A DNA stretch of 63,671 nt, the filler included, from Octopus bimaculoides (Eukaryota): assembly GCF_001194135.2 (NCBI RefSeq). It is 5 parts of 5 records of this genome, joined end to end, with 100 filler letters (N's around TTAATTAATTAA, not from the genome) between each part and the next. Parts side by side here need not be neighbours in the genome. Positions count along the whole stretch, not along the records: positions 35,274 to 53,788 come from NC_068984.1; 4 more parts are not named here. One strand, written 5' to 3'. Positions 41,803-53,250 of the stretch are shown piece after piece (positions within the stretch are counted from its first letter, which is position 1; the number at the start of each line of letters is the position of its first letter). Both the position numbers and the translations under genes were made by a program. Under the pieces are notes generated by a model. That model ran no database searches. It saw only the letters and a list, made by a program, of their open reading frames with translations, and was not told where the DNA came from.

Positions 41803-41976
41803 ATTTATATATATAAGTAGAAAGATATATTTTTTCAACGTGTAGGTATTGATAAAACAGTGTATATAGGATAAATGCTGTTTAAAAATCTGTCAGTTGA
41901 ATAAAGTTAAACATGGTCTGGTTTTCACGTTCTTTATTATGGTATTTTAACATATTTATGGTATTTTAACGTATTT

Positions 41977-42453
41977 AACTGGGGAGATCAGCACCTTCAC
42001 CCAGCACAACCTTGCATCCACGAACCGGTTTCTGGGTTATTGCTCTTTATCAGCGTGGAGTAGCTTGGTTGGTTAGATGTCACTACTGAACTGCTGTCGA
42101 AAATATATAGATTTCAAAGTGACACACAATCACTGATCTACAAAACAGAAATATTATTATTTTTAAATCTCTCAAAGAAAGATATACAGTAACAACACCA
42201 TAGAGTATAGCCAACTGGAAACAATGTTTCATGGGGATAAATAACAGTAACGTTCGTCCCATCCTGGGATTGTCACATTATGCTGAGAGATTTAGAAATA
42301 ATATCTCTATTTTGTGGATCAGTGACTATGTGTCACTTGGAAATCTATATATTTCCGACAGCAGTTCAGTAGCGACATCTAGCCAACCAATAATCCAGAA
42401 ACTGATCCGTGGATGCGAGGTCGTGCTGGGTGGAGGTCCTGAACTCCCCTGTT
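41977..42453. repeat. Imperfect foldback, MITE-like
   Basis: 41977-42174 pairs with 42284-42453 (diverged, one indel of about 25-30 nt); loop about 110 nt; no clear TSD. Confidence 0.9.
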
Positions 42454-42510
42454 CGAAAATATAAACACACAGAAATCAAATTTCAATGAAAGAATTGTAA
42501 ATTCATTTAC

Positions 42511-42720
42511 CTTTGTCCTTTGGTCGTAAGTTGCTTAAGGTAAGAAATCCTATTGATTGTGAATTCACCAACATTTGTTTCTTTCCACTTGCAATAACAC
42601 TGTCGTTGAAATACCATTTGTATGTGATTGCCGTAGAACTACTATTTGTATAACAAGCGAACGTTATGTTGTCAATGCTATGCATTGTAGTTGTTATTCG
42701 TGTAATTATGAAGTACTCAA
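42511..42720 (-). CDS. Adhesion-GPCR-like gene, exon A1: Ig1 N-half (copy 1)
   Basis: ttttgcag|TT...G|gtaaat, phase 1-1, 210 nt: EYFIITRITTTMHSIDNITFACYTNSSSTAITYKWYFNDSVIASGKKQMLVNSQSIGFLTLSNLRPKDK; Ig B-strand Cys, C-strand Trp and E-strand LTL present. Confidence 0.9.
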
Positions 42721-42823
42721 CTGCAAAACAAGGAAAGTACATTAATAACGACTTACATTTTTGTAAGAGTTAAGATAAAATACAAAAGAAAAAATATGTT
42801 ATTTCCATTTTTACGAAACTTAC

Positions 42824-42856
42824 TAACAATTGCCGGTAGGTATTTGTTTCCTTTCG
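42824..42856 (-). pseudogene. Inactivated duplicate of the candidate 33-nt micro-exon
   Basis: Paralog of 50701-50733 with the acceptor AG changed to AT; donor gtaagt retained. Confidence 0.4.
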
Positions 42857-44764
42857 ATATTAAAAGAAAAATTACATTGAAGAATTGTTTTTATTTGGGT
42901 GTAACATTCCACGTGTCAGTGTTTCAGATTATCAATACTTTTAATCTCTTTCGAAAGTAGAAAACTTGCTTTTATATTAGGAAATCAATATAAAGATTTC
43001 CATCAAGACCTATAACTCAGGTTTTCGACGGAAGAAATAAGGCTTTGTGACCATTAATTGTTTTTTAAATGTGAAGTCTTCTGAATTTAGAAGATTCCAA
43101 ATGGTTTGCTTACATAAATGACACAGAGCTTCAGATTTTTGAAAAGTGAAATGGCACTGTAAGACTTCTTGCTTTTCCTCCAAGCACAAGATATTTACAT
43201 TGCATAGCTAATTCTTTTCTACAAAGTCATTAATGTTACATTATTTCAGCTTGCACATTCAGAGAATACCAAGCATCTTCGGTATTTAAACCAGGGCTAT
43301 GGAGTCAAAACAAAAAACTTCGACTACAACTCTGACACCCCTACTATTAGGACATCCGGGAGAGAGAAAGAGAGCTAGAAAGAAAGTGTATTAGAGAGGG
43401 AGATTTGAGAACTTCATTGCAAAAGGTTATCTTCATTAAGTGAGTTCAAGAGGGCAATAGGTGGCAGGGCGAAAGTGGTGGCCTTATTTGAGATAGAACA
43501 CATTGTAGCGTAATTCTAAAGATTACGATACATCTCTGTGGAGAAGGAAATATTGTGTTTAATGTAAAAAAAATGTATATTACACGTTTAAAAATTGAAT
43601 TATTTAAGCTTATTAGAATAAAAGTAATTTAAAGACAGAAAAATGCAAACCTTTTGCTAATGTAACCATCTTTTCTTTTGTTAAGCCTCTCCGTCCACCA
43701 CCATCAGCATAACACGAAATCTTTGTGTCATTTACCATTAGGAAACGTCCTGGAAATAGTAACATATCTCTTANNNNNNNNNNNNNNNNNNNNNNNNNNN
43801 NNNNNNNNNNNNNNNNNNNNNNNNNNNNNNNNNNNNNNNNNNNNNNNNNNNNNNNNNNNNNNNNNNNNNNNNNNNNNNNNNNNNNNNNNNNNNNNNNNNN
43901 NNNNNNNNNNNNNNNNNNNNNNNNNNNNNNNNNNNNNNNNNNNNNNNNNNNNNNNNNNNNNNNNNNNNNNNNNNNNNNNNNNNNNNNNNNNNNNNNNNNN
44001 NNNNNNNNNNNNNNNNNNNNNNNNNNNNNNNNNNNNNNNNNNNNNNNNNNNNNNNNNNNNNNNNNNNNNNNNNNNNNNNNNNNNNNNNNNNNNNNNNNNN
44101 NNNNNNNNNNNNNNNNNNNNNNNNNNNNNNNNNNNNNNNNNNNNNNNNNNNNNNNNNNNNNNNNNNNNNNNNNNNNNNNNNNNNNNNNNNNNNNNNNNNN
44201 NNNNNNNNNNNNNNNNNNNNNNNNNNNNNNNNNNNNNNNNNNNNNNNNNNNNNNNNNNNNNNNNNNNNNNNNNNNNNNNNNNNNNNNNNNNNNNNNNNNN
44301 NNNNNNNNNNNNNNNNNNNNNNNNNNNNNNNNNNNNNNNNNNNNNNNNNNNNNNNNNNNNNNNNNNNNNNNNNNNNNNNNNNNNNNNNNNNNNNNNNNNN
44401 NNNNNNNNNNNNNNNNNNNNNNNNNNNNNNNNNNNNNNNNNNNNNNNNNNNNNNNNNNNNNNNNNNNNNNNNNNNNNNNNNNNNNNNNNNNNNNNNNNNN
44501 NNNNNNNNNNNNNNNNNNNNNNNNNNNNNNNNNNNNNNNNNNNNNNNNNNNNNNNNNNNNNNNNNNNNNNNNNNNNNNNNNNNNNNNNNNNNNNNNNNNN
44601 NNNNNNNNNNNNNNNNNNNNNNNNNNNNNNNNNNNNNNNNNNNNNNNNNNNNNNNNNNNNNNNNNNNNNNNNNNNNNNNNNNNNNNNNNNNNNNNNNNNN
44701 NNNNNNNNNNNNNNNNNNNNNNNNNNNNNNNNNNNNNNNNNNNNNNNNNNNNNNNNNNNNCACA

Positions 44765-45250
44765 TGTATTACAAATGTAGTATATTCGTAGTAGAGAATT
44801 GAGACTGTTCTCTCCAGCGCCGCCGTGAGCGATGAATGGAGAATATACCAAGCAGCATTACCCAAACGACCTCAACATTAGTTTCAGAATTCATCCAAGT
44901 CTAGGACCACGGGTCATACGTCTCCTACCCAATTCAGGATCACAACACATAAATACACTGTAACAAAATTATTTTCCTCAACAGGCCCTGCTCTATTTAA
45001 CATTGTCGAAAACAGATGAAAGAGGAAAACGATCCCGTCACCTTTAAACGGAATCTGGACAAATTTCTTTAAAGAATACCAGATAACCTACCTATACCCG
45101 GATAAAACTCACTCAACAGGAACTCCCTACTCGAATGGACCATGATACCATAAATCTTGACTTAAAAAAGATTTAGCTAATCCTATCACCTGGTGCTATT
45201 AAGTTAGACATGGCCTGAACCACTCTTTGGTCAAAACAGATCTAAGTTTT
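44765..45250 (+). mobile_element. CR1-like LINE 3' remnant
   Basis: L.LFS.QRRRE, FSSTGPALFN, F.RNLDKFL..IPD motifs. Confidence 0.75.
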
Positions 45251-45440
45251 AAGTTATGTATATATATATACTAGCAGAGATACCCGGCCATGCTCGGGAT
45301 TAAAATGGCATAGATTTTTATTGCTTTACTTGTCTATACATATATAGCTGAGTTTGTGAGTGTGTGTGTGTGTTGCATCTATAGAAATCTACACCTTACT
45401 CGAAAGCTATATATATATAATCCACACCTTACCCGAAAGC

Positions 45441-45471
<31 letters not shown>

Positions 45472-46096
45472 ACATGTTTCGTAACATTGTTTACAAAATA
45501 ATAGGTGATCGTTTGCGAAGGATCGTATCTACAGTGAACACTTATGATTTTTGGTCTGGTAACTCCTGCTCTCTCCCATGTTCACACACGACCAGCTATA
45601 TGTCGCTATGAGTAGTGCAACGGATTCAGCAAATTTGGAAATTAGTTGTGGAGAAACGGCGAAAACATGAACAGTTTCGTAACATTATTTACAAAATAAT
45701 AGGTGATCGTTTGCGACGGATCACCGTCGCTAGAAAGAGATTTAACTCATGCTCCGAATTTAAAATTGTTATAAGTCATGGTTTAAAATTATTCTTAATA
45801 CAAAAATTCACGTGTTAGGAAGCNNNNNNNNNNNNNNNNNNNNNNNNNNNNNNNNNNNNNNNNNNNNNNNNNNNNNNNNNNNNNNNNNNNNNNNNNNNNN
45901 NNNNNNNNNNNNNNNNNNNNNNNNNNNNNNNNNNNNNNNNNNNNNNNNNNNNNNNNNNNNNNNNNNNNNNNNNNNNNNNNNNNNNNNNNNNNNNNNNNNN
46001 NNNNNNNNNNNNNNNNNNNNNNNNNNNNNNNNNNNNNNNNNNNNNNNNNNNNNNNNNNNNNNNNNNNNNNNNNNNNNNNNNNNNNNNNNNNNNNNN

Positions 46097-46856
46097 CTAG
46101 AATTGAAAAATGCGCACGCTGAAAGGGTTACAGAACGTCAAAATAGACCTTAAAAAGTACGGGACTAGCATTGTTGCTCAAAAATATTGGAATCACTCTT
46201 TGTTGTCCATTCCGTGGCATCTTAAAACAAAAAGAGACTCACATGTGAATTACGATACCACGATGATTATTAAACCGAGTTCTTAATATAGAATTTGAAA
46301 ATGTACAAAATATGATCTTCAACTTCGAATAAGTAAATTCATTATAATACCCTTCTTACCAAAGTATATAAAAAACATATTTCGCACTTAATGCAAATTA
46401 CCATGATAATAATAATGATAAAAAAAAAAACTGCATTTATCATAAAGCCGAATCTATATAACAGCGAATATACGAAAGCAAAATAATTATAAGCAAAGAT
46501 ATTTCGCATTATGATACACATATTAATGGAATAGTTATGCGAATTAAACAAATTATTACTAAATTATTTTGATTGATTACTTGATTGATAAATTTACAAA
46601 AATTATCATTCATAGATTGAATTATTGCGTAAAGATGTCATTAGTATTTGTGCACAATTGTTTTGTTATAACTGAGTATACGATAATTTAATTTAATTTC
46701 GATGAACTAAACAAATTTCTTGTGATAAAAGGATGCCACAGAATGTACAACATATAATGGTTCCAATATTTTTGAGCAACAATGCTAGTCCTTTATTTTT
46801 AAGGCGCATTATGGCATTCTGTAACCCTTTTGAGCGTGCGCATCTTTCAGTTCTAG
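46097..46856. mobile_element. Element with about 125-bp TIRs (Foldback/MITE-like)
   Basis: 46097-46222 is an imperfect reverse complement of 46731-46856; both ends CTAG; left end abuts a gap. Confidence 0.75.
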
Positions 46857-47358
46857 TTTCGTACTCGTTTAGGCAACGCTTGTGATATTTTATATATGTA
46901 CCGTATTTCTCCTAATGATGTGACATCCTCTAATAAACCGACACCCAAACGCCAACCAATTGAAATAGTGTAACTGTCACAATATTAAAAAAATGTACGA
47001 TAAAATCGATAATAATCGTCATATTTATTTATTATCACACGGAGAGATACTGAATAGCTACTAGTATATTATAAGCTGTACTATAAAGAAAAGTATTAAA
47101 AAAAATATTAATGATATTAATTTTTAGAAAATCATTAGCAAAATCTAAAACTACATCCCATGCAACGAAGAGAAGGCGAAAATAAGTAAGACAAAATTCT
47201 CGAAGACAAGTGCATACCAAACTATCGCTCATTGGTTGATGTCGATTGAAAATTGACCAATGAAACGCGATCACCACGCAAACGTCCACGGCCCCCTTAC
47301 ACTTTCATTCGTAACCTAGACTCGTCTATAACATTCTGTTGTCGGTCACTGCGTGCCT

Positions 47359-47408
<50 letters not shown>

Positions 47409-47699
47409 AGTTCGTTTTGCAAGATTTCTGATGTGAAATCGTGTGTTGAAACATATTTTTGTATTTCGGGATAATCATTTTTTTTTGCCAAACAAACACA
47501 CGCACTATATAGTTTTTCTTCACCCGTTTATTACTGTTCTTATTTTCTTATTTTATCGCATGTCCGTTGTCCGGAAATCTTTCGTCACATATCTGTGACC
47601 TCTTGAGCGACACTTTTCGGTTTCGTGTGTGTTCTTCCTCCACTTCCTCCATTCTGTTCTTCTAAGATGTGTATCCTTATGTGCACATGAAGTAATTTA

Positions 47700-47990
47700 G
47701 CGAAGCTTCACAAAGAAGATCGTCTCATTGCAACAGCTCAGCTACTGTGAAAGACTGAAACAGCTAGGTCTCTACTCCCTGGAGTGAAGGCGGAATGGGT
47801 CGCCACTGCACAGTACCAAAGATCCCAGTAATGCCGTCGCGCTTCAGGACCAGTTACTGCAACAGCCTGGGTTTCAGGGGCCCACAGCTTTTTAATAATC
47901 TCTAAAAGAGCCTGAGCAATCTACACAAAGTGGATGTAGGTGTTTGCAAATCAAAACTCTATCTCTTCCTGTCGAGAGTCCCAGATATAG
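47700..47990 (+). mobile_element. CR1-like LINE 3' remnant
   Basis: SYCERLKQLGLYSLE and NSLGFRGPQLFN motifs. Confidence 0.7.
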
Positions 47991-48502
47991 CTACCTCACA
48001 ACAGGAGGCGCAAATGAGAAACAGTGACACCAAACTCCCTTATTCATCAAATGCCACATATCAAAGGAGGCTCTCACTAGTAACAGTGTAGCAAAACGGC
48101 ACCAGCACGGCCACAGCATTGAGGTGAAACTGATATATAGATATATAAATATATTTACATATATATATATATATATGAGCACACACACACACACACACAC
48201 GTATATATATATGTATTTATGTGTGTATATATATATATATGTATGTATAAAACTTTATTCGGGTGTTGTAATGTAGAGATTCTTTGTTTTATCAAACGCA
48301 TGCTTGAGGATGCACAACCGCAATGTTTTGCAATTACAAACACTAGAGTGAGTAGCTACATTAATTTGCTATTTTTTCATTGAAATTCAATCTCATGAAT
48401 TGCATAATATAAAAATATTCATGAAATCAAATTTCAATGAAAGAATTGTAAATTCATGTAATGAAAAGGACTTTCTCACTCTTTTCATGTCTGTAATTAT
48501 AT

Positions 48503-48710
48503 ACGAAGACTGCTGAAAAGTTCTTGGATTGAGCTAAAAGAAAATACGGGAAGATCAGTTAATGATGATTTTATTCAACATATTCCTCTCACAGATTCAC
48601 ACACGTATTGCGGCGGTCGTTCTTGTTTTTCTAAGCACTGTAAAAGAACTCGGAAGGTCGGGTCTCTAATCAGGCCTTTCGCGATACCATTAAAGCCAGG
48701 AACTTACATA
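48503..48710. mobile_element. Mariner-like element end
   Basis: TACGAAGACTGCTGAAAAGTTCTTGG resembles a mariner TIR; truncated near a gap. Confidence 0.55.
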
Positions 48711-49258
48711 TATATNNNNNNNNNNNNNNNNNNNNNNNNNNNNNNNNNNNNNNNNNNNNNNNNNNNNNNNNNNNNNNNNNNNNNNNNNNNNNNNNNNNNN
48801 NNNNNNNNNNNNNNNNNNNNNNNNNNNNNNNNNNNNNNNNNNNNNNNNNNNNNNNNNNNNNNNNNNNNNNNNNNNNNNNNNNNNNNNNNNNNNNNNNNNN
48901 NNNNNNNNNNNNNNNNNNNNNNNNNNNNNNNNNNNNNNNNNNNNNNNNNNNNNNNNNNNNNNNNNNNNNNNNNNNNNNNNNNNNNNNNNNNNNNNNNNNN
49001 NNNNNNNNNNNNNNNNNNNNNNNNNNNNNNNNNNNNNNNNNNNNNNNNNNNNNNNNNNNNNNNNNNNNNNNNNNNNNNNNNNNNNNNNNNNNNNNNNNNN
49101 NNNNNNNNNNNNNNNNNNNNNNNNNNNNNNNNNNNNNNNNNNNNNNNNNNNNNNNNNNNNNNNNNNNNNNNNNNNNNNNNNNNNNNNNNNNNNNNNNNNN
49201 NNNNNNNNNNNNNNNNNNNNNNNNNNNNNNNNNNNNNNNNNNNNNNNNNNNNNNNNNN

Positions 49259-49336
<78 letters not shown>

Positions 49337-49427
49337 ATATATTGCTTTCTTTGTTGATAGGCTTCAAACGAAGTAGAGCTGTTTAAAGCTTCGTACTCAA
49401 TACATGATACCATTCTCAAATATTTAC

Positions 49428-49637
49428 CTTTGTCCTTTTGTCGTAAGTCGCTTAAGGTGAGAAATCCTACTGATTGTGTATTCACCAACATTTGCTTCTT
49501 TCCACTTGTAATAACATTGTCGTTGAGATGCCATTTGTATGTGATTGCCGTAGAACTACTATTTGTATAACAAGCGAACGTTATGTTGTCAATGCTATAC
49601 ATTGTAGTTGTTATTTGTGTAATTAGAAAGTGAGCAA
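49428..49637 (-). CDS. Adhesion-GPCR-like gene, exon A2: Ig1 N-half (copy 2)
   Basis: ttttacag|TT...G|gtaaat, phase 1-1, 210 nt: AHFLITQITTTMYSIDNITFACYTNSSSTAITYKWHLNDNVITSGKKQMLVNTQSVGFLTLSDLRQKDK; no stop or indel. Confidence 0.8.
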
Positions 49638-50700
49638 CTGTAAAACAAAAAAAGTACATTAATAACGATTTTTATTTTTGTAAAAGTTAAAATAAAATAC
49701 ATAAGAAAACATCTATTTTTAGTGAACAGGCCTGAGATGCATGACAAATGTCATATATTGTGCTGTTGTTGGTGGTGAGTCTGGGATGAGCATTTATTTG
49801 AATATATCAATGCAGGCAAATCGAATGTAAAAATAAAAACAAGAGAACATAAGTCAATAGGACGTACACAGTGAATGTATTAGATTGACGCTCAGGTTAA
49901 TATAGACAAAAGAGGGACTGTGTAACATTTCGAGCAGAGCTCTTTGTCAGAAAGAGGAAAAGTCCGGAGAGAAGAAGAATAGACCAAGAAAAGCACGTGT
50001 ATGGTTACATGACCATCCCCTTCCGATGATGATTTGGAGTACCTATTTCTTGGATTTCCTTACACAGATTTCCTTATCCTTGGATTACGTTACACTTTTG
50101 AATTCACTCTGAAGTACATCATTTTTATTTCTATGCAGGTTCGGGAAAGATTTTTTTTTCTAGGAAGACATGCTAATCCTCTGTTTCCTCGCTACCTGCT
50201 ATTAGCCAAGACACGTCGCCAAAGGCCGCTGAGAGAGATGCCGCTTGGCAACCTGCTCGATCTTCTAACAATTCCACTAACTAGCTATCCTGTCGTGGTA
50301 GGTTTTTCATCAATTCCGAAAAGATGAAAGGCTCAGTTGAACTCGGTAAAATTTGAAATCTGATCGTAAGGAGTCGGAACAAATACTCCATAAGAAAAAC
50401 ACTTTAACGACTCTGCAATTTCGCCTCATTTTTGAGATTTAATACTTTATAATACAAAAGTATAAAAAAACACAAAGCTAACCTACAGTATATAATATAT
50501 GGGATAATATCGTATGCTGTACTTCACTCCATAATTTTTCGAAAATTAATTTTTCATAAAATCTTTGCGGTTGTAAAAAGAGGGTTTTATAATTGTTCCT
50601 TGCTTTCAGGGATCAAACTTTTCCATAAGTATGTCAATGAAGTTTGAGGAATTACTTCTTAGTTTCTTAAAATTATTTCCCCTTTTTTTTCGAAACTTAC

Positions 50701-50733
50701 TAACAATTGCCTGTAGGTATTTGTTTCCTTTCG
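50701..50733 (-). CDS. Candidate 33-nt micro-exon upstream of exon A
   Basis: tttttcttttaatag|CG AAA GGA AAC AAA TAC CTA CAG GCA ATT GTT A|gtaagt; phase 1-1 fits exon A (xKGNKYLQAIV-I). Confidence 0.45.
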
Positions 50734-50987
50734 CTATTAAAAGAAAAATTACATTGAAGAATTGTTTTTATTTGGGTGTAGCATTTCATATGTCAGTGTT
50801 TCAGATTAATACTTTTAATCTCTTTCGAAAGTAAAAAACTTGCTTTTATATTAAGAAATCAATATAAAGATTTTCATCAAGACCTATAACTCAGGTTTTC
50901 GAAGGAAGAAATAAGGCTTTGTGACCATTAATTTTTTTTTAAATGTGAAGTCTTCTGAATTTAGAAGATTCCAAATGGTTTGCTTAC

Positions 50988-51030
50988 ATAAATGACACAG
51001 AGCTTCAGATTTTTGAAAAGGGAAATGGCA
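50988..51030 (-). CDS. Weak candidate upstream exon
   Basis: cttacag|TGC...TTA T|gtaagc, phase 0-1, CHFPFQKSEALCHL; compatible with the micro-exon but otherwise unsupported. Confidence 0.2.
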
Positions 51031-51165
51031 CTGTAAGACTTCTTGCTTTTCCTCCAAGAACAAGATATTTAACTTGCATAGCTAATTCTTTTCTACAAAG
51101 TCATTAATGTTACATAATTTCAGCTTGCACATTCAGAGAATACCAAGCATCTTCGGTATTTAAAT

Positions 51166-51464
51166 CAGGGCTATGGAGTCAAAACAAAAAACTTCGACTA
51201 CAACTCTGACTCCCCTACTATTAGGACATCCGACGCCGACTCCTCTTTATGTAATTAAGTGAATGTGGTCTACATATCTCATAAAGCATATGCATACGTT
51301 TGTACTTTGAGTAGGCCTATATGTTATAACTGGTTTATATTAAAGAATAAGGACATTGTGAGTCGGAATCGGTATAGTTTTACCGACTCCGACTCTGACT
51401 CCAGCTACCCCTTAATTGTTTCCGACTCCGACACCATGACTCCGACTTCGACTTAACAGCCTTG
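51166..51464. mobile_element. hAT-type MITE with (CCGACT)n subterminal repeats
   Basis: Ends CAGGGCT / AGCCTTG; TSD ATTTAAAT / ATTTAAGT (7 of 8). A right-truncated paralog lies at about 43292-43340. Confidence 0.8.
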
Positions 51465-52599
51465 ATTTAAGTACCCAGGATGGTGAGATTTCACTACATT
51501 CAGGGCGTAGCTTTGTGGACGAAGAGATGAGTTGGTGTGACGATCCATTCTTTTGCCAAAGTTCAGCATAGCAAAAATCAATGGAACTGACTGCAAGTGT
51601 AACACTGCTGACATAAGAATAAGGTCGACATTAATATAAAAAAAGGAAAAAATAGTCCATTAAATCCACTTCTGTAGACGAATAGCCTATACTATTAGGA
51701 GCCATGTAAATTCTAAGGAATGAAAAAAATGAAGAACAATTTAAGAACGAAAGGATGACTTGTATTTTTATAGCATTCATAGTTGGGTTTTCTTTAAATA
51801 TGCTAGACGTTCGTCTACATTTATTTTCTCACATCTCCACCGGTTTTGTCATTTTTTCTTTTTAATATATCTTCTCCCTGTAACTTTTCACTAGCAACAT
51901 ACCACTACCAACACCACTATAATTTCCAGTAATATAATTTCATCATCCACTTGTATTTTATTGTCGGCACAGTAATATTCTTGTCGTCGATATGTTGTAG
52001 CGGTATTCCGCATCTTATTAACTTTTGCTAGTCTATTGTGCTATCGCTGGTAGCTCCGCAAGACAATGACTTTGAAACGTCTACCTTGACGGTAACTCGA
52101 ACTCATATATATCACGTAACGTCAGTTATTCCAACTGTGAAACTCGTACAGTGACTCTATTACAACTGACTGACTTCCTACAACGACTGACTGTCTGACT
52201 TTATAGTGGGTCCCATACCACTTTTCACTACAACCTTTTAACCTCACCACCACCAATACATCACACTCTGCTAAATATTGTATCCTAAACACCTCTTTTT
52301 CTTCACCTTTCCCCTTCAGCTAACTTTTTAACCATGTAATAAGTATTCCTTCCCCAGCCTACCACACGTCCTTAACACTTCACTGTCCATCTTTTTCTGT
52401 CTTTCTTCGCCTCTCCTGTCAATTGACCACGTGACACATTTGGCTTATATGTATTAATATTAATCACCTTGCTCTACTTTCCTTTCTTTCTTCACTCTTC
52501 CCCTCACTCACTTCATCTCCAACTCTCTAACTAACTAAAGTGTGGTGGGCAAACCAACAAGTAGATTATTATATAGATTATATTGTTTCCTAAGGGATA

Positions 52600-53250
52600 A
52601 GAAATAAATTCAATTCCGATATGGGACAGCAATTTCCCCATTGTGGACCTATCCTTAGATTTGTAGAGTATCATCATTGTTGGAACCAGTATGTGGTCCT
52701 AGTTATGTAAAGAATATGTTTTACACAACTCTCGCTGTCACCAAGAGAGATCCCTGGTGGTATTGAAACCCAACAATTGGAATGACTTTGAAGGTTCTGA
52801 TAAAAAGATGTTTAATGTGATGATGATTTGATAAGTGAAGAGTTTGTGTTTTCTTGTTATTGGATGAAAGAAAGATGATATATCTTTACTGGAGAATATT
52901 TTGGAGGTCTTTGTTTTCAGTCAGTGTGGGTTTGATGTGTGGAGTCTAGGAAGCGAGATAATGCATGAATAAGAAATGTCAGGGAAGATGAAAAGTGGTG
53001 TCATCTGCGTTTTTGTGGGTCTTGTTGGATGCGGTGGCAAATAAATCATTAATGGGATGATATCGGTGACAAAACCGAATCCTAGGGCACACTGAAGTAG
53101 ACAGAATGAAAGATAAATAATTCCGTCAAGGCAACGTGCCAAAAGTACGATCTGACTGGAAGCTACAAAACGAAGAGATGAGACAGGAGAAGCGCATAGG
53201 CAGAAGTTTCAATAGAAGATTCGCATGCCAGACAACATTGCTTTCACCTA
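52600..53250 (-). mobile_element. Possible Penelope-like remnant
   Basis: Degenerate FLD...HIKPT-like segment. Confidence 0.35.

Noticed and set aside
51475-51607. Minus-strand exon candidate (SVTLAVSS...LWQKNG, or VLHLQSVPLIFA in another frame)
   Set aside because: Two frames are open, donors are weak and the phase cannot be fixed; it may be a real upstream exon but is unsupported.
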